Below, in pieces: positions 1-9,528 of a stretch of DNA of 49,646 bases. Position numbers and translations under genes: made by a program. Positions within the stretch are counted from its first letter, which is position 1. Every line of letters begins with the position of its first letter. Below the pieces are notes generated by a model. That model saw only the letters and a list, made by a program, of their open reading frames with translations, did no database searches and was not told the origin of the DNA. Origin of the DNA: Myxococcota bacterium (GTDB lineage Bacteria > Myxococcota_A > UBA796 > SXON01); contig JAZKFH010000052.1 of assembly GCA_040386535.1 (NCBI GenBank), positions 1 to 49,646 of the forward strand. Reading direction: 5' to 3'.

Positions 1-109
1 CGTCACCCGCAGGGTGCCAAACGCGAGGGGTGGCGCCTCACCCCGGCCGTTCGTCGCCCCGCCCGTCCGCCTCCGCGGCGGCGGGCGTCCGCGCCCGTCC
101 GTCCGCCCT

Positions 110-430
110 GATCGGGCGCGCATCTTCCCGGCGGTCGCTCCGACCGAGCGCATCATCCCCGCCTGGTCCGGCACCCGTTGGACCTTCTACGGCGCCGATT
201 TGGTGCCGAGCGACGGGGGCCAGGTCGCGTGTGGCTATTGGGTGGCGAGCGTGTTGCGGGACGCCGGCCTCCGCATCAATCGGAACCAGGTGGGTCAGCA
301 GGCCTCCGAGCGCATCCTCCTCACCGTGGCCGCGCCAGGCGCCCTCCGCCACTTCGGCGCCCGGTTTGCGGACGTGGTCACCAACTATACCGTCATCGCG
401 CCGCTCCTCGACGATGCCACGCTCGACGCA
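110..430 (+). pseudogene. Fragment of an uncharacterised papain/NlpC-P60-like protein, probably internally deleted
   Basis: Within ORF 14..1078 only this segment is protein-like (IIPAWSGTRWTFYG...VACGYWVASVLRDAG...QQASERIL...YTVIAPLLDDATLDA). The flanks are low-complexity shadow sequence with no credible start or stop. Family recalled from memory, not searched. Confidence 0.4.
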
Positions 431-440
431 GGAGCGCCCG

Positions 441-626
441 TCAGCAATCCTCCGCGTCCGCCTCCCACGACCCCGACCCGCACGACACCGGGTAGCCAAC
501 GTCGGCGCACGTCGCGTTCTCGTGGAACGTCGCGGAGTACTCGTCGCTCCCGGCGAAGTTGCACGACTCCTCGCCCTTCTCCTCGAAGCACCAGGTGTCG
601 ACCACGTCCTCGACCTCAGTTGTCAC
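441..626 (-). CDS. Small acidic Cys-rich hypothetical protein or gene fragment (61 aa)
   Basis: Composition (5 Cys, Asp/Glu-rich, Trp/Tyr/Phe) is unlike the Arg/Pro/Gly shadow ORFs. GTG start with GAGGGG upstream. Confidence 0.35.
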   Translation of the reverse strand: MTTEVEDVVDTWCFEEKGEESCNFAGSDEYSATFHENATCADVGYPVSCGSGSWEADAEDC

Positions 627-713
627 GCACGGTCACCCCTCGTCCCATCCCGTCACGCCCCCAAAGATCGCGCCCGTCCCGACCGACCCCTCGGCACACT
701 TCGAGGACACACC

Positions 714-3700
714 ATGCGCGACTGCTTGATCCTGGGCTCCGGACGGAGCGGCACCAGCATGGTCACCGGGACGTTGGCCCGGGCCGGCTACTTCATGGGC
801 GACGACCTGTATCGGCCGCGCGCCGCCAACCCGAAGGGGTTCTTCGAGTGTGCCGAGGTCAACGGCATCAACGAGGCGCTGCTCGCGCCCGTGGTGCCCG
901 CCGACCAGGGGCTCGGCGAGAACCAACGTTGGCTCGCGGTCCTCCCCGCGCCCATCGCGCCCGCGTGCGCCCCCGCGGTCGAGGCCGCCATCCGGCATGC
1001 CACGACGAAGTCGCCGTTCTGCTACAAGGACCCCCGCTTCAGCTACACCCTCCCGGCGTGGCGCCCCCACGTCGGTGACGCGGGGCTCGTGTGTGTCTTT
1101 CGTGACCCGCGGCTGACCGCGCACAGCATCGCGAAGGAAGTACGCACGGCCGCCTACCTCGATGGGCTGCCCTTCGACGAGGCGCGCGCCCTCGCCCTGT
1201 GGACCGCCACGTATCGCACGGTCGTACACACCTTGCGTCAGCAGGGCGATTGGTTGTTCCTCCACTACGACCAGGTGCTCACCCAAGCCGGCATGGGTCG
1301 CCTCGGGCAGTTCCTCGGTGCCACCCCCGACGGCACCTTCCCCGACGCCCTCCTCCAACGCCGCGCGCCCGAGGGCCCCGTGCCCGCGGAGGCCGCCGAG
1401 CTCTACGCCGAGCTGTGTGAGTTGGCCGGACACACCGACCCCGCCCGCGCCGGTGGAAACAGCGGAAGCCGCGCCCGCATCACCGCCCCCGACCTCACCA
1501 CCCCCGACCTCTCCGTCGTCGCCCTCGCCACCCCCGCCGATCGCGCCGCGCTCACCCGCCTTCAGGCCGCCGTGGCCGACCAGCGCCACGCCCACGTCGA
1601 GCTCGTCGTGGTCGACACCTCCGAAGCCGGCGCCCTCTCGGGCACCCTCTCCGCCACCGCCGGTGTCACCGTCGTGCACGCCCCCGGCTGGTCCCGTGCC
1701 GCCGCGTGGAAGCAGGGCGTCGCCGCCGCGCGCGGCCGCCACATCGCGGGGTGGGAGCCCGGCGCCGTGCCGCTCCCCGCCGCCTACGCCCACGCCGTGC
1801 GCGCGCTCGACGCCGACCCCGACGCCGACGTGATTTTGGCGCCCTTCTGGCGCGCGCGGCCGCCCGAGGACTTCGTCGCCCGCGTCGATCCCGGCGAGGG
1901 CGATCCCCCTCCCGGTTGGCGCGCCGCGACCGTGTGGCGGCGCACCGCGCTCGACACCCTGCGCGAGGACGTCGCCTTTCCCGCCGAGCTCGCCCACCTC
2001 CGTTCGTTGCGCGCCGCCGGCCGCGTCCGCGTGGTCACCCAACCCCTGTTCGCGATCGACGAGCGCACCTGCACCACGTTGGAGGCCGCCGAACGTCGTG
2101 ACCGCCACGTGCTCGACGCGCAGGCTCTCCCGTGGACGGGCCCCCCCGCCGTCAGCGTCATCCTCTGCACCTACGACCGCGTCACCATCCTCCGCGAGTG
2201 CCTCGGCGCGTTGTGTCGGCAGACCATGCCGCTCGGCAGCTACGAGATCGTGATCGTCGACGACGGCAGCAGCGACGGCACCTCCGACGCGCTCGCCGCC
2301 GTCACGTTTCCCGTGCCCGTGCAGATCGTGCGGCGTGACAACGGCGGGCTCGCCGCCGCGCGCAACACCGGCATCGCCCGGGCGCGGGGCGCGCTGCTCT
2401 ACCTGCTCAACGACGACACGATCCCCGCCGTCGACGCCATCGCCGAGCACCTCGAGGCGCACCACGCCCACCCCGGCGAGCCCATCGCCGTGCTCGGCAC
2501 GTTCGAGCAGCCCCGGGCCGCGCTCGACAACGCGCTCATGCGCGCGTGCGAATCGAGCACGCTGGTGTTCTGTTACAGCGAGCTCCGCCCCAACGAGCTC
2601 CACCACCCGCGGTATTTCTATACCTGCAATCTCACCGTCCCCACCGCACTGGTACGCGCCGTCGGCGGCTTCGACGAGCGCTTCCGCCACTACGGCGCCG
2701 AGGACACCGATCTCGGCTATCGGCTCGGCGCGCTTGGCCTCCGCGTGCTCTACCACCCCAAGGCGCGCGCAACCCACCGCCACACCTGGGACTTCGACTA
2801 CCTCGCCCGACGCAACCGCCAGGTCGCCCGCGCCCACGTCCGCCTGTTCGCCCAACACCCCACCGCCATGGACGTGTTCGGCTGCCACGCGCGCACCCGC
2901 GCCGAGCTCGAGGCCCAACTGTCACGCCGGGCCGCCAGCGCCCCCCAGATCGAAGCCGCCGCCCGCGGCCTCGCCGCCCTCGATCTCGCCGCGCTCGAAG
3001 CGCTCGGCGTCGCGTGGCGCCCGTACGTCCAGGAATCGCTCAAGCGGCTGCTCGCGCTGCTCCAGGATCTGAACGCGGCGTGGTGGGCGCAGGGCTTCCT
3101 CGACGGGCTCGACGAGCACGGCGTGGACGGATTCCGCGAGCTGCTGGTGCGCCACCCGGTGTCGTCCGGATCGGGTCCTTCTGGGGCAGGGGGGCTGCCG
3201 CCCCCCCGCAACGCCCCCCGGCCGGAGCCCCGTGTGGCAACGCCCGCCCGATTGGTTTGTTTCCCCTCCGGCGACGGAGACTGGCGCGGTGTCGTCCGTC
3301 GTTTCGCCGCGAGCGGACCCATCGACGCGGTCCTCGTCCTCGTGGCCGACACCGGCGTGGAGTACGGCGCCACCGCGCTCGCGTGGGCGGTCGACGCGCT
3401 CGCCCACGGGGCCGGGCGGCGCCGTGTCACCGTGTTCGACCCGGGCGTCGGCCACGCGCACGACGTGCGGGTCATCGCGGGCGCCGAGGGGTGGGTGCCC
3501 ACCGGGAGCCACCGCGATCCCGATCGCGCCGCCGCCGCCCAGGCCTCGGGCGTCGCCACCGTGAGCCCACGCACGTGGGCCGAGCCCTGGCCGCTCGCCA
3601 GCAGCTCGCCGTTCCGCCTCCTCGCGTGGCCCGACTGGAGCGACGAGGCCGCCCTCGGCGCCCTGCTCTCCGGCTTCGGCCGCCCCCTCGCCGCGGACGG

Positions 3701-3956
3701 CGGCACCCTCGTCCTGCGCCTCGACCCGGAGCGTGACGGCCCCGCCGCCGCCGCCACCGCGCGCCTCACCGCCGCGGCCGACCGCACCATCGCCGACCTG
3801 CTCCTCGACGTGCTCGTGGTGGATGAGCCCATGGACGCCGACGCCGTGGGCCGCCTCGTCCGCTCCGTCGACGCGGTCACCGGCGCCCGCTTCCGCGGCC
3901 ACCCGCGGGTGGTGTCCGACGCGAGAGGGTTGGCGGCGGCTTGGGCGGGGGTGTAA
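714..3956 (+). CDS. Sulfotransferase-domain / GT2 glycosyltransferase fusion (about 1080 aa)
   Basis: ATG 714 follows a GAGGA RBS. N-terminal PAPS-binding-type motifs: ILGSGRSGTS, NPKGFFE, KDPRF, FRDP..TAHS. Then a degenerate GT2 domain and an intact GT2 (VSVILCTYDR, VDDGSSDGT, GLAAARNTG, LNDDT, GGFDERF..YGAEDTDLGYRL). Two C-terminal alpha/beta modules. Confidence 0.88.
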   Translation: MRDCLILGSGRSGTSMVTGTLARAGYFMGDDLYRPRAANPKGFFECAEVNGINEALLAPVVPADQGLGENQRWLAVLPAPIAPACAPAVEAAIRHATTKSPFCYKDPRFSYTLPAWRPHVGDAGLVCVFRDPRLTAHSIAKEVRTAAYLDGLPFDEARALALWTATYRTVVHTLRQQGDWLFLHYDQVLTQAGMGRLGQFLGATPDGTFPDALLQRRAPEGPVPAEAAELYAELCELAGHTDPARAGGNSGSRARITAPDLTTPDLSVVALATPADRAALTRLQAAVADQRHAHVELVVVDTSEAGALSGTLSATAGVTVVHAPGWSRAAAWKQGVAAARGRHIAGWEPGAVPLPAAYAHAVRALDADPDADVILAPFWRARPPEDFVARVDPGEGDPPPGWRAATVWRRTALDTLREDVAFPAELAHLRSLRAAGRVRVVTQPLFAIDERTCTTLEAAERRDRHVLDAQALPWTGPPAVSVILCTYDRVTILRECLGALCRQTMPLGSYEIVIVDDGSSDGTSDALAAVTFPVPVQIVRRDNGGLAAARNTGIARARGALLYLLNDDTIPAVDAIAEHLEAHHAHPGEPIAVLGTFEQPRAALDNALMRACESSTLVFCYSELRPNELHHPRYFYTCNLTVPTALVRAVGGFDERFRHYGAEDTDLGYRLGALGLRVLYHPKARATHRHTWDFDYLARRNRQVARAHVRLFAQHPTAMDVFGCHARTRAELEAQLSRRAASAPQIEAAARGLAALDLAALEALGVAWRPYVQESLKRLLALLQDLNAAWWAQGFLDGLDEHGVDGFRELLVRHPVSSGSGPSGAGGLPPPRNAPRPEPRVATPARLVCFPSGDGDWRGVVRRFAASGPIDAVLVLVADTGVEYGATALAWAVDALAHGAGRRRVTVFDPGVGHAHDVRVIAGAEGWVPTGSHRDPDRAAAAQASGVATVSPRTWAEPWPLASSSPFRLLAWPDWSDEAALGALLSGFGRPLAADGGTLVLRLDPERDGPAAAATARLTAAADRTIADLLLDVLVVDEPMDADAVGRLVRSVDAVTGARFRGHPRVVSDARGLAAAWAGV

Positions 3957-4000
3957 CCAAGAACGCGCGCGAACCTCCGCCGTCAGCGCTATCGTAGGCA

Positions 4001-5881
4001 ATGCGCCACCTCCTCCTCCTCGCCCTCGCCGCGTGCTCCGTCCCCAAGGTTGTCCCTCCCGAGGAGGACACCGACACCGACACCGACATCGGCGCGGACA
4101 CCGACACCGACCCCGGCCCCACCTGCGACGCGTCCTTCACGCTCACGCTGCCAGACGCGTCGACCACCACGCTCGGGTGCACGGAGGCGGCCGCCGAGGC
4201 CACGTTCGAGATGGATCCCGACACCGCGCCCGCGGTGCGTAGCCTTGGCCTCCGCTTCTCCGGCGGCGCCGACGCCACCGCGAACTGCCAACTCGCCTTG
4301 GACCTGGACGGAATCTGTGGGCCGGGGTGGTATGCGCTCGGGGTCGGGGCGTCCGGCTCCGTCGTGACCCTGGATTGTACGGGCGTGGACGACGCGATGG
4401 AAGATACCTACCAGCTCACCTCGGGCTCGGTCTACCTCGCCGAGATCTCCGCCGGGGATGAAGCCGGCGAGCCCGCGCGGGTCGAGCTCGTCGCGGCCGG
4501 GACCCTCTCGGCCACCTCCGCGGAGGGCCTCTCGATCACCGGATCGTTCCGCGTGGTGGACACACTCGACGCCGTGGACGTAGAGGGCGGCGTGTGCCTG
4601 GGCACCGACACCGATCCCGGCCTGGTCGACCTCGACCTCGACGGATGGGAGGGGGACACCGGCACCGGCGAGGATTGTGACGACGCCGACGCCACGGTGT
4701 ATCCGGGCGCCTACGATCGCCCGGACGACGGCATCGACGGAGACTGTGACGGCGTGGACCGCAGCTTCGACGGGGTGGTCCTGGCCCCCGGGGAGACGGC
4801 CGACACGGCGCTCTCCTACGAGGTGGTGGGCGCCAAGGGACTGGACATCGCGCTGTTGCTCGACACGACCTGCTCCATGGGCGCGTTCATCGCGGGCCTC
4901 GACGTGTACGCCATCGCCGACGCCGCGACCGGGGAGGGCGACGCGCGCTGGTCGTTCTCGGGCTTCGACGACTACGCCTTCGGCGGCTTCGGCGCCGCGG
5001 GAACCGACAAACCGTTCTACCTTCGCGCCCAGTTGACGGATGACCTCGACTATGTGCAAGCCGGCGTCGACAGCGCCAGTACCCACTCGGGGGCCGACGC
5101 GCCGGAAGCCGGCATGGAAGCCATCTACCAGGCGCTCACGGGCGCCGGCTACGACCAGGACTGCGACGGGACCTACGACAGCACCACCGACGTGTACCCG
5201 TTCCTCGAGAGCGCGACCGACCCGTTCGGGGGTTGGGGGGGGAGCCACTACGACAACGGGGTGAGCGGCAGCGGAACGGGCGGCGGGGTCGGCTTCCGCG
5301 ACGACGGACAGCCCGTTGTGGTCATCATCACCGACAACTACCTCCGCGACCCCGACTCCACCGACCCCGCCGTCAACCAGTCCCCCGGCGGCTGCCCCGG
5401 CGACGCCGGCGCGGACGCGGTGGTCGCCGCCGCCCGCGCGCGCGGCGCCTGGATCATCGGCATCGCCGCCGACTCCTCCTTCCCCATCGCGCAACTGACC
5501 GACCTCACCACCGCCGCGGGCAGCCTCGTCGACAATGACGGCGACGGCGCCTTCGACGATGTCCCGGTGTATTGGGCCACGGAGACCACCCTCAACGCCA
5601 ACATCGCGAGCGCGCTCGACGAGGTGGCCGCCGCCGCGTACGCCAGCGCCCCTTACGACGAGGTCACCATCGTCGTCGGCCTGGACCCCTACGGACTGGT
5701 CTCCGAGATCGTCCCCGCGACCTTCTCGGACGTCATCCCCGGCGACCTGCTCCCATTCGACCTGCGCCTCGTCGGCATCGAGACCACCACGGTCATCGCA
5801 ACCACCATCGAGCTCTGGGTGTACGGGGACGGCGTCCGCATCGGCACGATCGCGGTCGCCGTGGAGATCGCGCCGGGCTAG
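4001..5881 (+). CDS. vWA-domain (integrin beta I-like) lipoprotein with Asp/Thr linker and a DCDD metal-binding repeat (626 aa)
   Basis: Lipobox LAAC. DTDTDTD tract. One DCDDADATVYPGA...DGDCDG unit. MIDAS-like DTTCS, plus DAPEAGMEAIYQA, GFR and VVVIITD. Confidence 0.85.
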   Translation: MRHLLLLALAACSVPKVVPPEEDTDTDTDIGADTDTDPGPTCDASFTLTLPDASTTTLGCTEAAAEATFEMDPDTAPAVRSLGLRFSGGADATANCQLALDLDGICGPGWYALGVGASGSVVTLDCTGVDDAMEDTYQLTSGSVYLAEISAGDEAGEPARVELVAAGTLSATSAEGLSITGSFRVVDTLDAVDVEGGVCLGTDTDPGLVDLDLDGWEGDTGTGEDCDDADATVYPGAYDRPDDGIDGDCDGVDRSFDGVVLAPGETADTALSYEVVGAKGLDIALLLDTTCSMGAFIAGLDVYAIADAATGEGDARWSFSGFDDYAFGGFGAAGTDKPFYLRAQLTDDLDYVQAGVDSASTHSGADAPEAGMEAIYQALTGAGYDQDCDGTYDSTTDVYPFLESATDPFGGWGGSHYDNGVSGSGTGGGVGFRDDGQPVVVIITDNYLRDPDSTDPAVNQSPGGCPGDAGADAVVAAARARGAWIIGIAADSSFPIAQLTDLTTAAGSLVDNDGDGAFDDVPVYWATETTLNANIASALDEVAAAAYASAPYDEVTIVVGLDPYGLVSEIVPATFSDVIPGDLLPFDLRLVGIETTTVIATTIELWVYGDGVRIGTIAVAVEIAPG

Positions 5882-5898
5882 CCCGGAGTCGGGCGAGC

Positions 5899-8760
5899 TC
5901 ACATCCCCGTGAGCGAGAACAGGTAGGCCGCGCCTGCGTCGCTGCCCCCTTCGGCGTCTCCGTACGCCCCCACGAGCAGGTCGTAGGTGCCGAGCCCGTC
6001 CTGGGTCCCGACGAAGGCGAGGCCGGCGCCGAGCGCCAGGTCCTCCACCGCGCCGACGAAAGTGAGGTCGGCGTCGTCGGTCGTGAGGGAGCCCGAGAGG
6101 GGGCCCATCATCAGGTAGGCCTGCCCCTCGCCCGACACGGTGGTCCCCGCGCCCGAGTTGCCGAGCACCACGTCGGCGTGGCCGTCGGCGTCGAGGTCCG
6201 CGCCGTCCACGTTGCGGCCGACGAAGCCGCTGGTCCCCTCGATGCGCACCTCAGCGAGGGCGAGCGAGGCGGTGCCGTAGATCGGCCCGTGCACCAGGTA
6301 GACGATCCCGTCCGTGCCATAGCTGTCGGCGCCGACCGCGATGTCGTCGTGGCCATCCCCGTCGAGATCGCCCACGCCGCGCACCAACCCGCCCGCGTAG
6401 CTGCTGGCGCCGTCCCCCGTCCGCTTCGCGTCAGCCGCGGTGAGGGACCCGAAGCCGCTGTGCGGCCCGTAGAAGACATAGGCCGCGCCCGCCTGGGTTC
6501 CGCCGTCGTCGTCGCCGTAGGCCCCGACGAGGAAGTCGTCGTAGCCGTCCCCGTCGAGGTCCCCCGCGCCGTCGACGGACACGCCCGCGTAGTCCTCGCC
6601 GCCCTCCCCGACCACGCGCGCGGTAGCGTCGTAGAGCTCGGTCGATCCCGCCGGAACGCTGGTGATGAGGTACGCCGCGCCCTTGTAGCTCGAGTAGGAG
6701 TCTACCCCCACGAGGAAGTCGGGGCGCCCGTCACCGTTCACGTCGCCCGCGCCCTGGCAGTCGTCCCCTGCATGGCCGGTCGTGGCTTCCCCGTAGAAAT
6801 CGGCGTACGCCGAGGAGAGATCTACCGTGCCTGCTTGAGGACCACGGAGCAGGTACACGGTTCCCGCGTCCCAGCCGCCGCCCCCGCTGGCGCTCGACGC
6901 GCCGACGATGAAGTCGTCATAGCCGTCGCCGTTCGTATCCCCGACGCCGCCGAGGCAGCGTCCAGCAAAGTCACCGCTCTGCTCGCCGACCAGGACCACG
7001 GCGGCGCTGGCCACGTCGAGGTCACCGGTGCCCCCGCCCGCGATGACGTACGCCGCGCCGCTCCCAGTGCCCCCGCGATCGGAGCCGTACGCGCCGAGGA
7101 GGAGGTCGTCGACGCCGTCGCCGTCCTGATCGCCGGCGGAGGCCACCCTCACCCCGAGGGTGTCGTTGGCCGCCTCGCCCACGAACTTGCGTTCGGCGTC
7201 CGAGCTGTCACGCACACAATCGGTCGAGCCATCGCAGTTCTGGTCCACCAGGTCCCCGCAGATCTCCGCGGCGTCCGGGTGGATGGCGGGGTCCGCCGCG
7301 TCACAGTCCAGGTCGTCGGCGACGTAGCCGACCGGCACATCGCACGCCTCGACCGCGCTCGTGGGGTCGCCGAAGCTGTCGCCGTCCCCGTCGCGCCAGA
7401 ACGTGGCTTGGGTGCTGGCGAGCACGGAGGCGTCGAGGTCATCCGCGAGGCCGTCGCAGTCCTCGTCGGCGTCCGCGGCGTCGCAGACCTCGCTGCCGGC
7501 CGGGTTGATCGCCGCGACGGAATCGTCACAGTCGCCGCCGGTGGTGACGTAGCCGCCGCCAACGTCACACTCGACCGCGATGGAGGTGAGGGAGCCGTAT
7601 CCGTCGCGATCCCAGTCGTAGTACCAGCTGATCCACGACGCGGGGTCGGTGGAAGAGTCCCCGTCGTCCGCCCGCCCGTCGCAGTCCTCGTCCGCGTTGT
7701 CGGGGTCACAGACCTCGGTGCCCGCCGGGTTGGTCAGCGCCGCGGCGTCGTCGCAGTCGGTCGCGTCGGCCACGTACGCCACCGGCGCATCGCACGTGAG
7801 CACCCCCACCCCCGCGTCCCCGAAGCTGTCCCCGTCGGAATCCGCGTACCAGGACCCCATCCCCTCGGCCGCCGCGCCCGGATCCGCGTCGTCGGCGAGG
7901 CCGTCGCAGTCCTCGTCCACGTCGGCGGGGTCACAGATCTCGAGCCGGCTCGGGCTCGCCGCGGCGGACGTGTCGTCGCAGTCGTCATCGACGGCGACAT
8001 GGCCCGTGGGCGCCGCGCACGCCACCACCGACGCGGCGGCATCCCCGTGGCCGTCCTCGTCGAGATCCGCGTACCAGGTCGGAGCGTCCACCGCGTCGTC
8101 CTCGTCCACGGTGCCGTCGCAGTCGTCGTCCTCGCCGTCGCACAGCTCGCGCGCGGACGGGTTCACGTCCGCCTGCGCGTCGTCACAGTCGGTGCCGTCC
8201 GTGACGTAGCCGGGCGGCGGCTCGCAGCCCTCGGACAGCCGTCCTGCGTCGCCGTAACGATCCCCGTCGCTGTCGAGGTACAACGTGACGGCCGCGGTCA
8301 CGCCCGGGTCCCCGTCGTCGCAGTCCGTGGCGTCCAGGACGTAGTTGGCGGGCACGTCGCAGAAGAGGCCATCGGTGTCGCCGTCCCCGTAGCCGTCGCC
8401 GTCGGAGTCCTTCCACGCGCGAACCTGGCCCGCGTCGTCCACGTCGCCATCGTCGTCGTCCGCCAGCCCGTCGCAGTCCTCGTCGACGTCCGCGGCATCG
8501 CAGACCTCGGCGGCGTCGGGGTGAACCGCGGGATCGCCGTCGTCACAGTCACGCGAGTTGGCAACAGCGCCGGGTGGCGTCCCGCACGATTGCATCTCGG
8601 TCGCCGGGTCCCCGAAGCCGTCCGCGTCGGCGTCCTCGTAGAAGGTGAGCCCGGCGCCCACACGAGCGTCGTTGTCATCACAATCGCTCTTGCCGAGGCC
8701 GTCGAGATCGACATCCACGGGCGCGCACGCGGCGAACAGGAGGAGCAGGGCGAGCTTCAC
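5899..8760 (-). CDS. Lipoprotein with MopE-like (putative metal-binding) repeats and a C-terminal 7-blade FG-GAP propeller (about 953 aa)
   Basis: GTG 8760 with AGGA RBS. Lipobox FAAC. About 6 full and 2 partial WYxDxDGDGxG...DCDD...E(V/I)CD...DxDCDG units. Seven GD(L/V/T)(D/N)GDGxDD(F/L)xVGA...GAAY-type repeats. Confidence 0.9.
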   Translation of the reverse strand: MKLALLLLFAACAPVDVDLDGLGKSDCDDNDARVGAGLTFYEDADADGFGDPATEMQSCGTPPGAVANSRDCDDGDPAVHPDAAEVCDAADVDEDCDGLADDDDGDVDDAGQVRAWKDSDGDGYGDGDTDGLFCDVPANYVLDATDCDDGDPGVTAAVTLYLDSDGDRYGDAGRLSEGCEPPPGYVTDGTDCDDAQADVNPSARELCDGEDDDCDGTVDEDDAVDAPTWYADLDEDGHGDAAASVVACAAPTGHVAVDDDCDDTSAAASPSRLEICDPADVDEDCDGLADDADPGAAAEGMGSWYADSDGDSFGDAGVGVLTCDAPVAYVADATDCDDAAALTNPAGTEVCDPDNADEDCDGRADDGDSSTDPASWISWYYDWDRDGYGSLTSIAVECDVGGGYVTTGGDCDDSVAAINPAGSEVCDAADADEDCDGLADDLDASVLASTQATFWRDGDGDSFGDPTSAVEACDVPVGYVADDLDCDAADPAIHPDAAEICGDLVDQNCDGSTDCVRDSSDAERKFVGEAANDTLGVRVASAGDQDGDGVDDLLLGAYGSDRGGTGSGAAYVIAGGGTGDLDVASAAVVLVGEQSGDFAGRCLGGVGDTNGDGYDDFIVGASSASGGGGWDAGTVYLLRGPQAGTVDLSSAYADFYGEATTGHAGDDCQGAGDVNGDGRPDFLVGVDSYSSYKGAAYLITSVPAGSTELYDATARVVGEGGEDYAGVSVDGAGDLDGDGYDDFLVGAYGDDDGGTQAGAAYVFYGPHSGFGSLTAADAKRTGDGASSYAGGLVRGVGDLDGDGHDDIAVGADSYGTDGIVYLVHGPIYGTASLALAEVRIEGTSGFVGRNVDGADLDADGHADVVLGNSGAGTTVSGEGQAYLMMGPLSGSLTTDDADLTFVGAVEDLALGAGLAFVGTQDGLGTYDLLVGAYGDAEGGSDAGAAYLFSLTGM

Positions 8761-8828
8761 GCGGGTTCCTGGGATGGCGGCCACCTTAGCATCCGCGTTG
8801 GGAGACCCGACGGCCCTTCGTCATCGTG

Positions 8829-9467
8829 TCAGGGTTGAGACGGCGTCCGCCGTACGATCGCGCACCACGCGAGCCAGCAACCGAAGGAGGCCAGTTGGTA
8901 GCCCAGCTGGCCGGCGCCCTCGGCCCAATTGCCCTGCTGGGCAAGGCGGAACCAGATGCCGAAATGCCACACCGCCGCGAGCAGCATCCACGTCAGGAAC
9001 AGCCCTCCCAGCTGCCAGAGGCGGCGCCCGCGGGCCCGGCCGACCCGCACCGCCACCGGATCGAAACAGACCAGCGCCAGCAGCGCCATGAACACGCCGG
9101 GGACGATACAGCCCATGCCGAATTGGATCGCAACAGCGGTCGCGGCGTAGGGGAACCACAAGGCCAGGAACATGCGGTGCAGGGGACGGGAGGGGGCGCC
9201 GGACCACGCGCCCGTGAGCACCACCGCCGCGGCAGGCACCCACGCGCCGAACAGGGTGTCCCACGCCATCGTGGCCGCCGTCGCCGCGAGCCCCCCAGCC
9301 CCGCCGGCCCGCCGGGCGTCGCCCGGGTCGGCCAGCGCCGCGCCCGCGTCGTACCCGAGCACCGGCACCGTAGCCGCCCCGAGACACACGACCAGCGCGA
9401 CGAGGCTGGCGATCACGACCTCCCTGCGCACGGGCGGCGCGGGGGAGAGAGGCAGGGAGGGTTCCAT
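8829..9467 (-). CDS. Hypothetical integral membrane protein (about 212 aa)
   Basis: Several hydrophobic segments starting from MEPSLPL. Divergent from the gene at 9529. Confidence 0.65.
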   Translation of the reverse strand: MEPSLPLSPAPPVRREVVIASLVALVVCLGAATVPVLGYDAGAALADPGDARRAGGAGGLAATAATMAWDTLFGAWVPAAAVVLTGAWSGAPSRPLHRMFLALWFPYAATAVAIQFGMGCIVPGVFMALLALVCFDPVAVRVGRARGRRLWQLGGLFLTWMLLAAVWHFGIWFRLAQQGNWAEGAGQLGYQLASFGCWLAWCAIVRRTPSQP

Positions 9468-9528
9468 CGCGGCGGCATATCCTCGCGTGGCGTGCCACGA
9501 GCGTTCTGTTCTGCGGTACGCTCGGCCG

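Noticed and set aside
627..640. Selenocysteine or read-through at the in-frame TGA before the 61-aa ORF
   Set aside because: No recognisable SECIS-like hairpin or selenoprotein context. The upstream frame is a shadow ORF.
30..713. N-terminal extensions given by the ORF track (also 13594-13977, 25273-25494, 26051-26566, 29266-30693, 36178-36537)
   Set aside because: Low-complexity Arg/Pro/Ala sequence. Better starts with RBS or -10 elements and domain boundaries lie downstream.
633..2918. Long antisense/overlapping ORFs (also 3989-5902, 5572-8838, 20103-22088, 23281-25506, 26750-29728, 29743-32787, 47077-49401)
   Set aside because: Shadow frames of real genes caused by high GC3 and few stop codons. 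No motifs, and biased composition.
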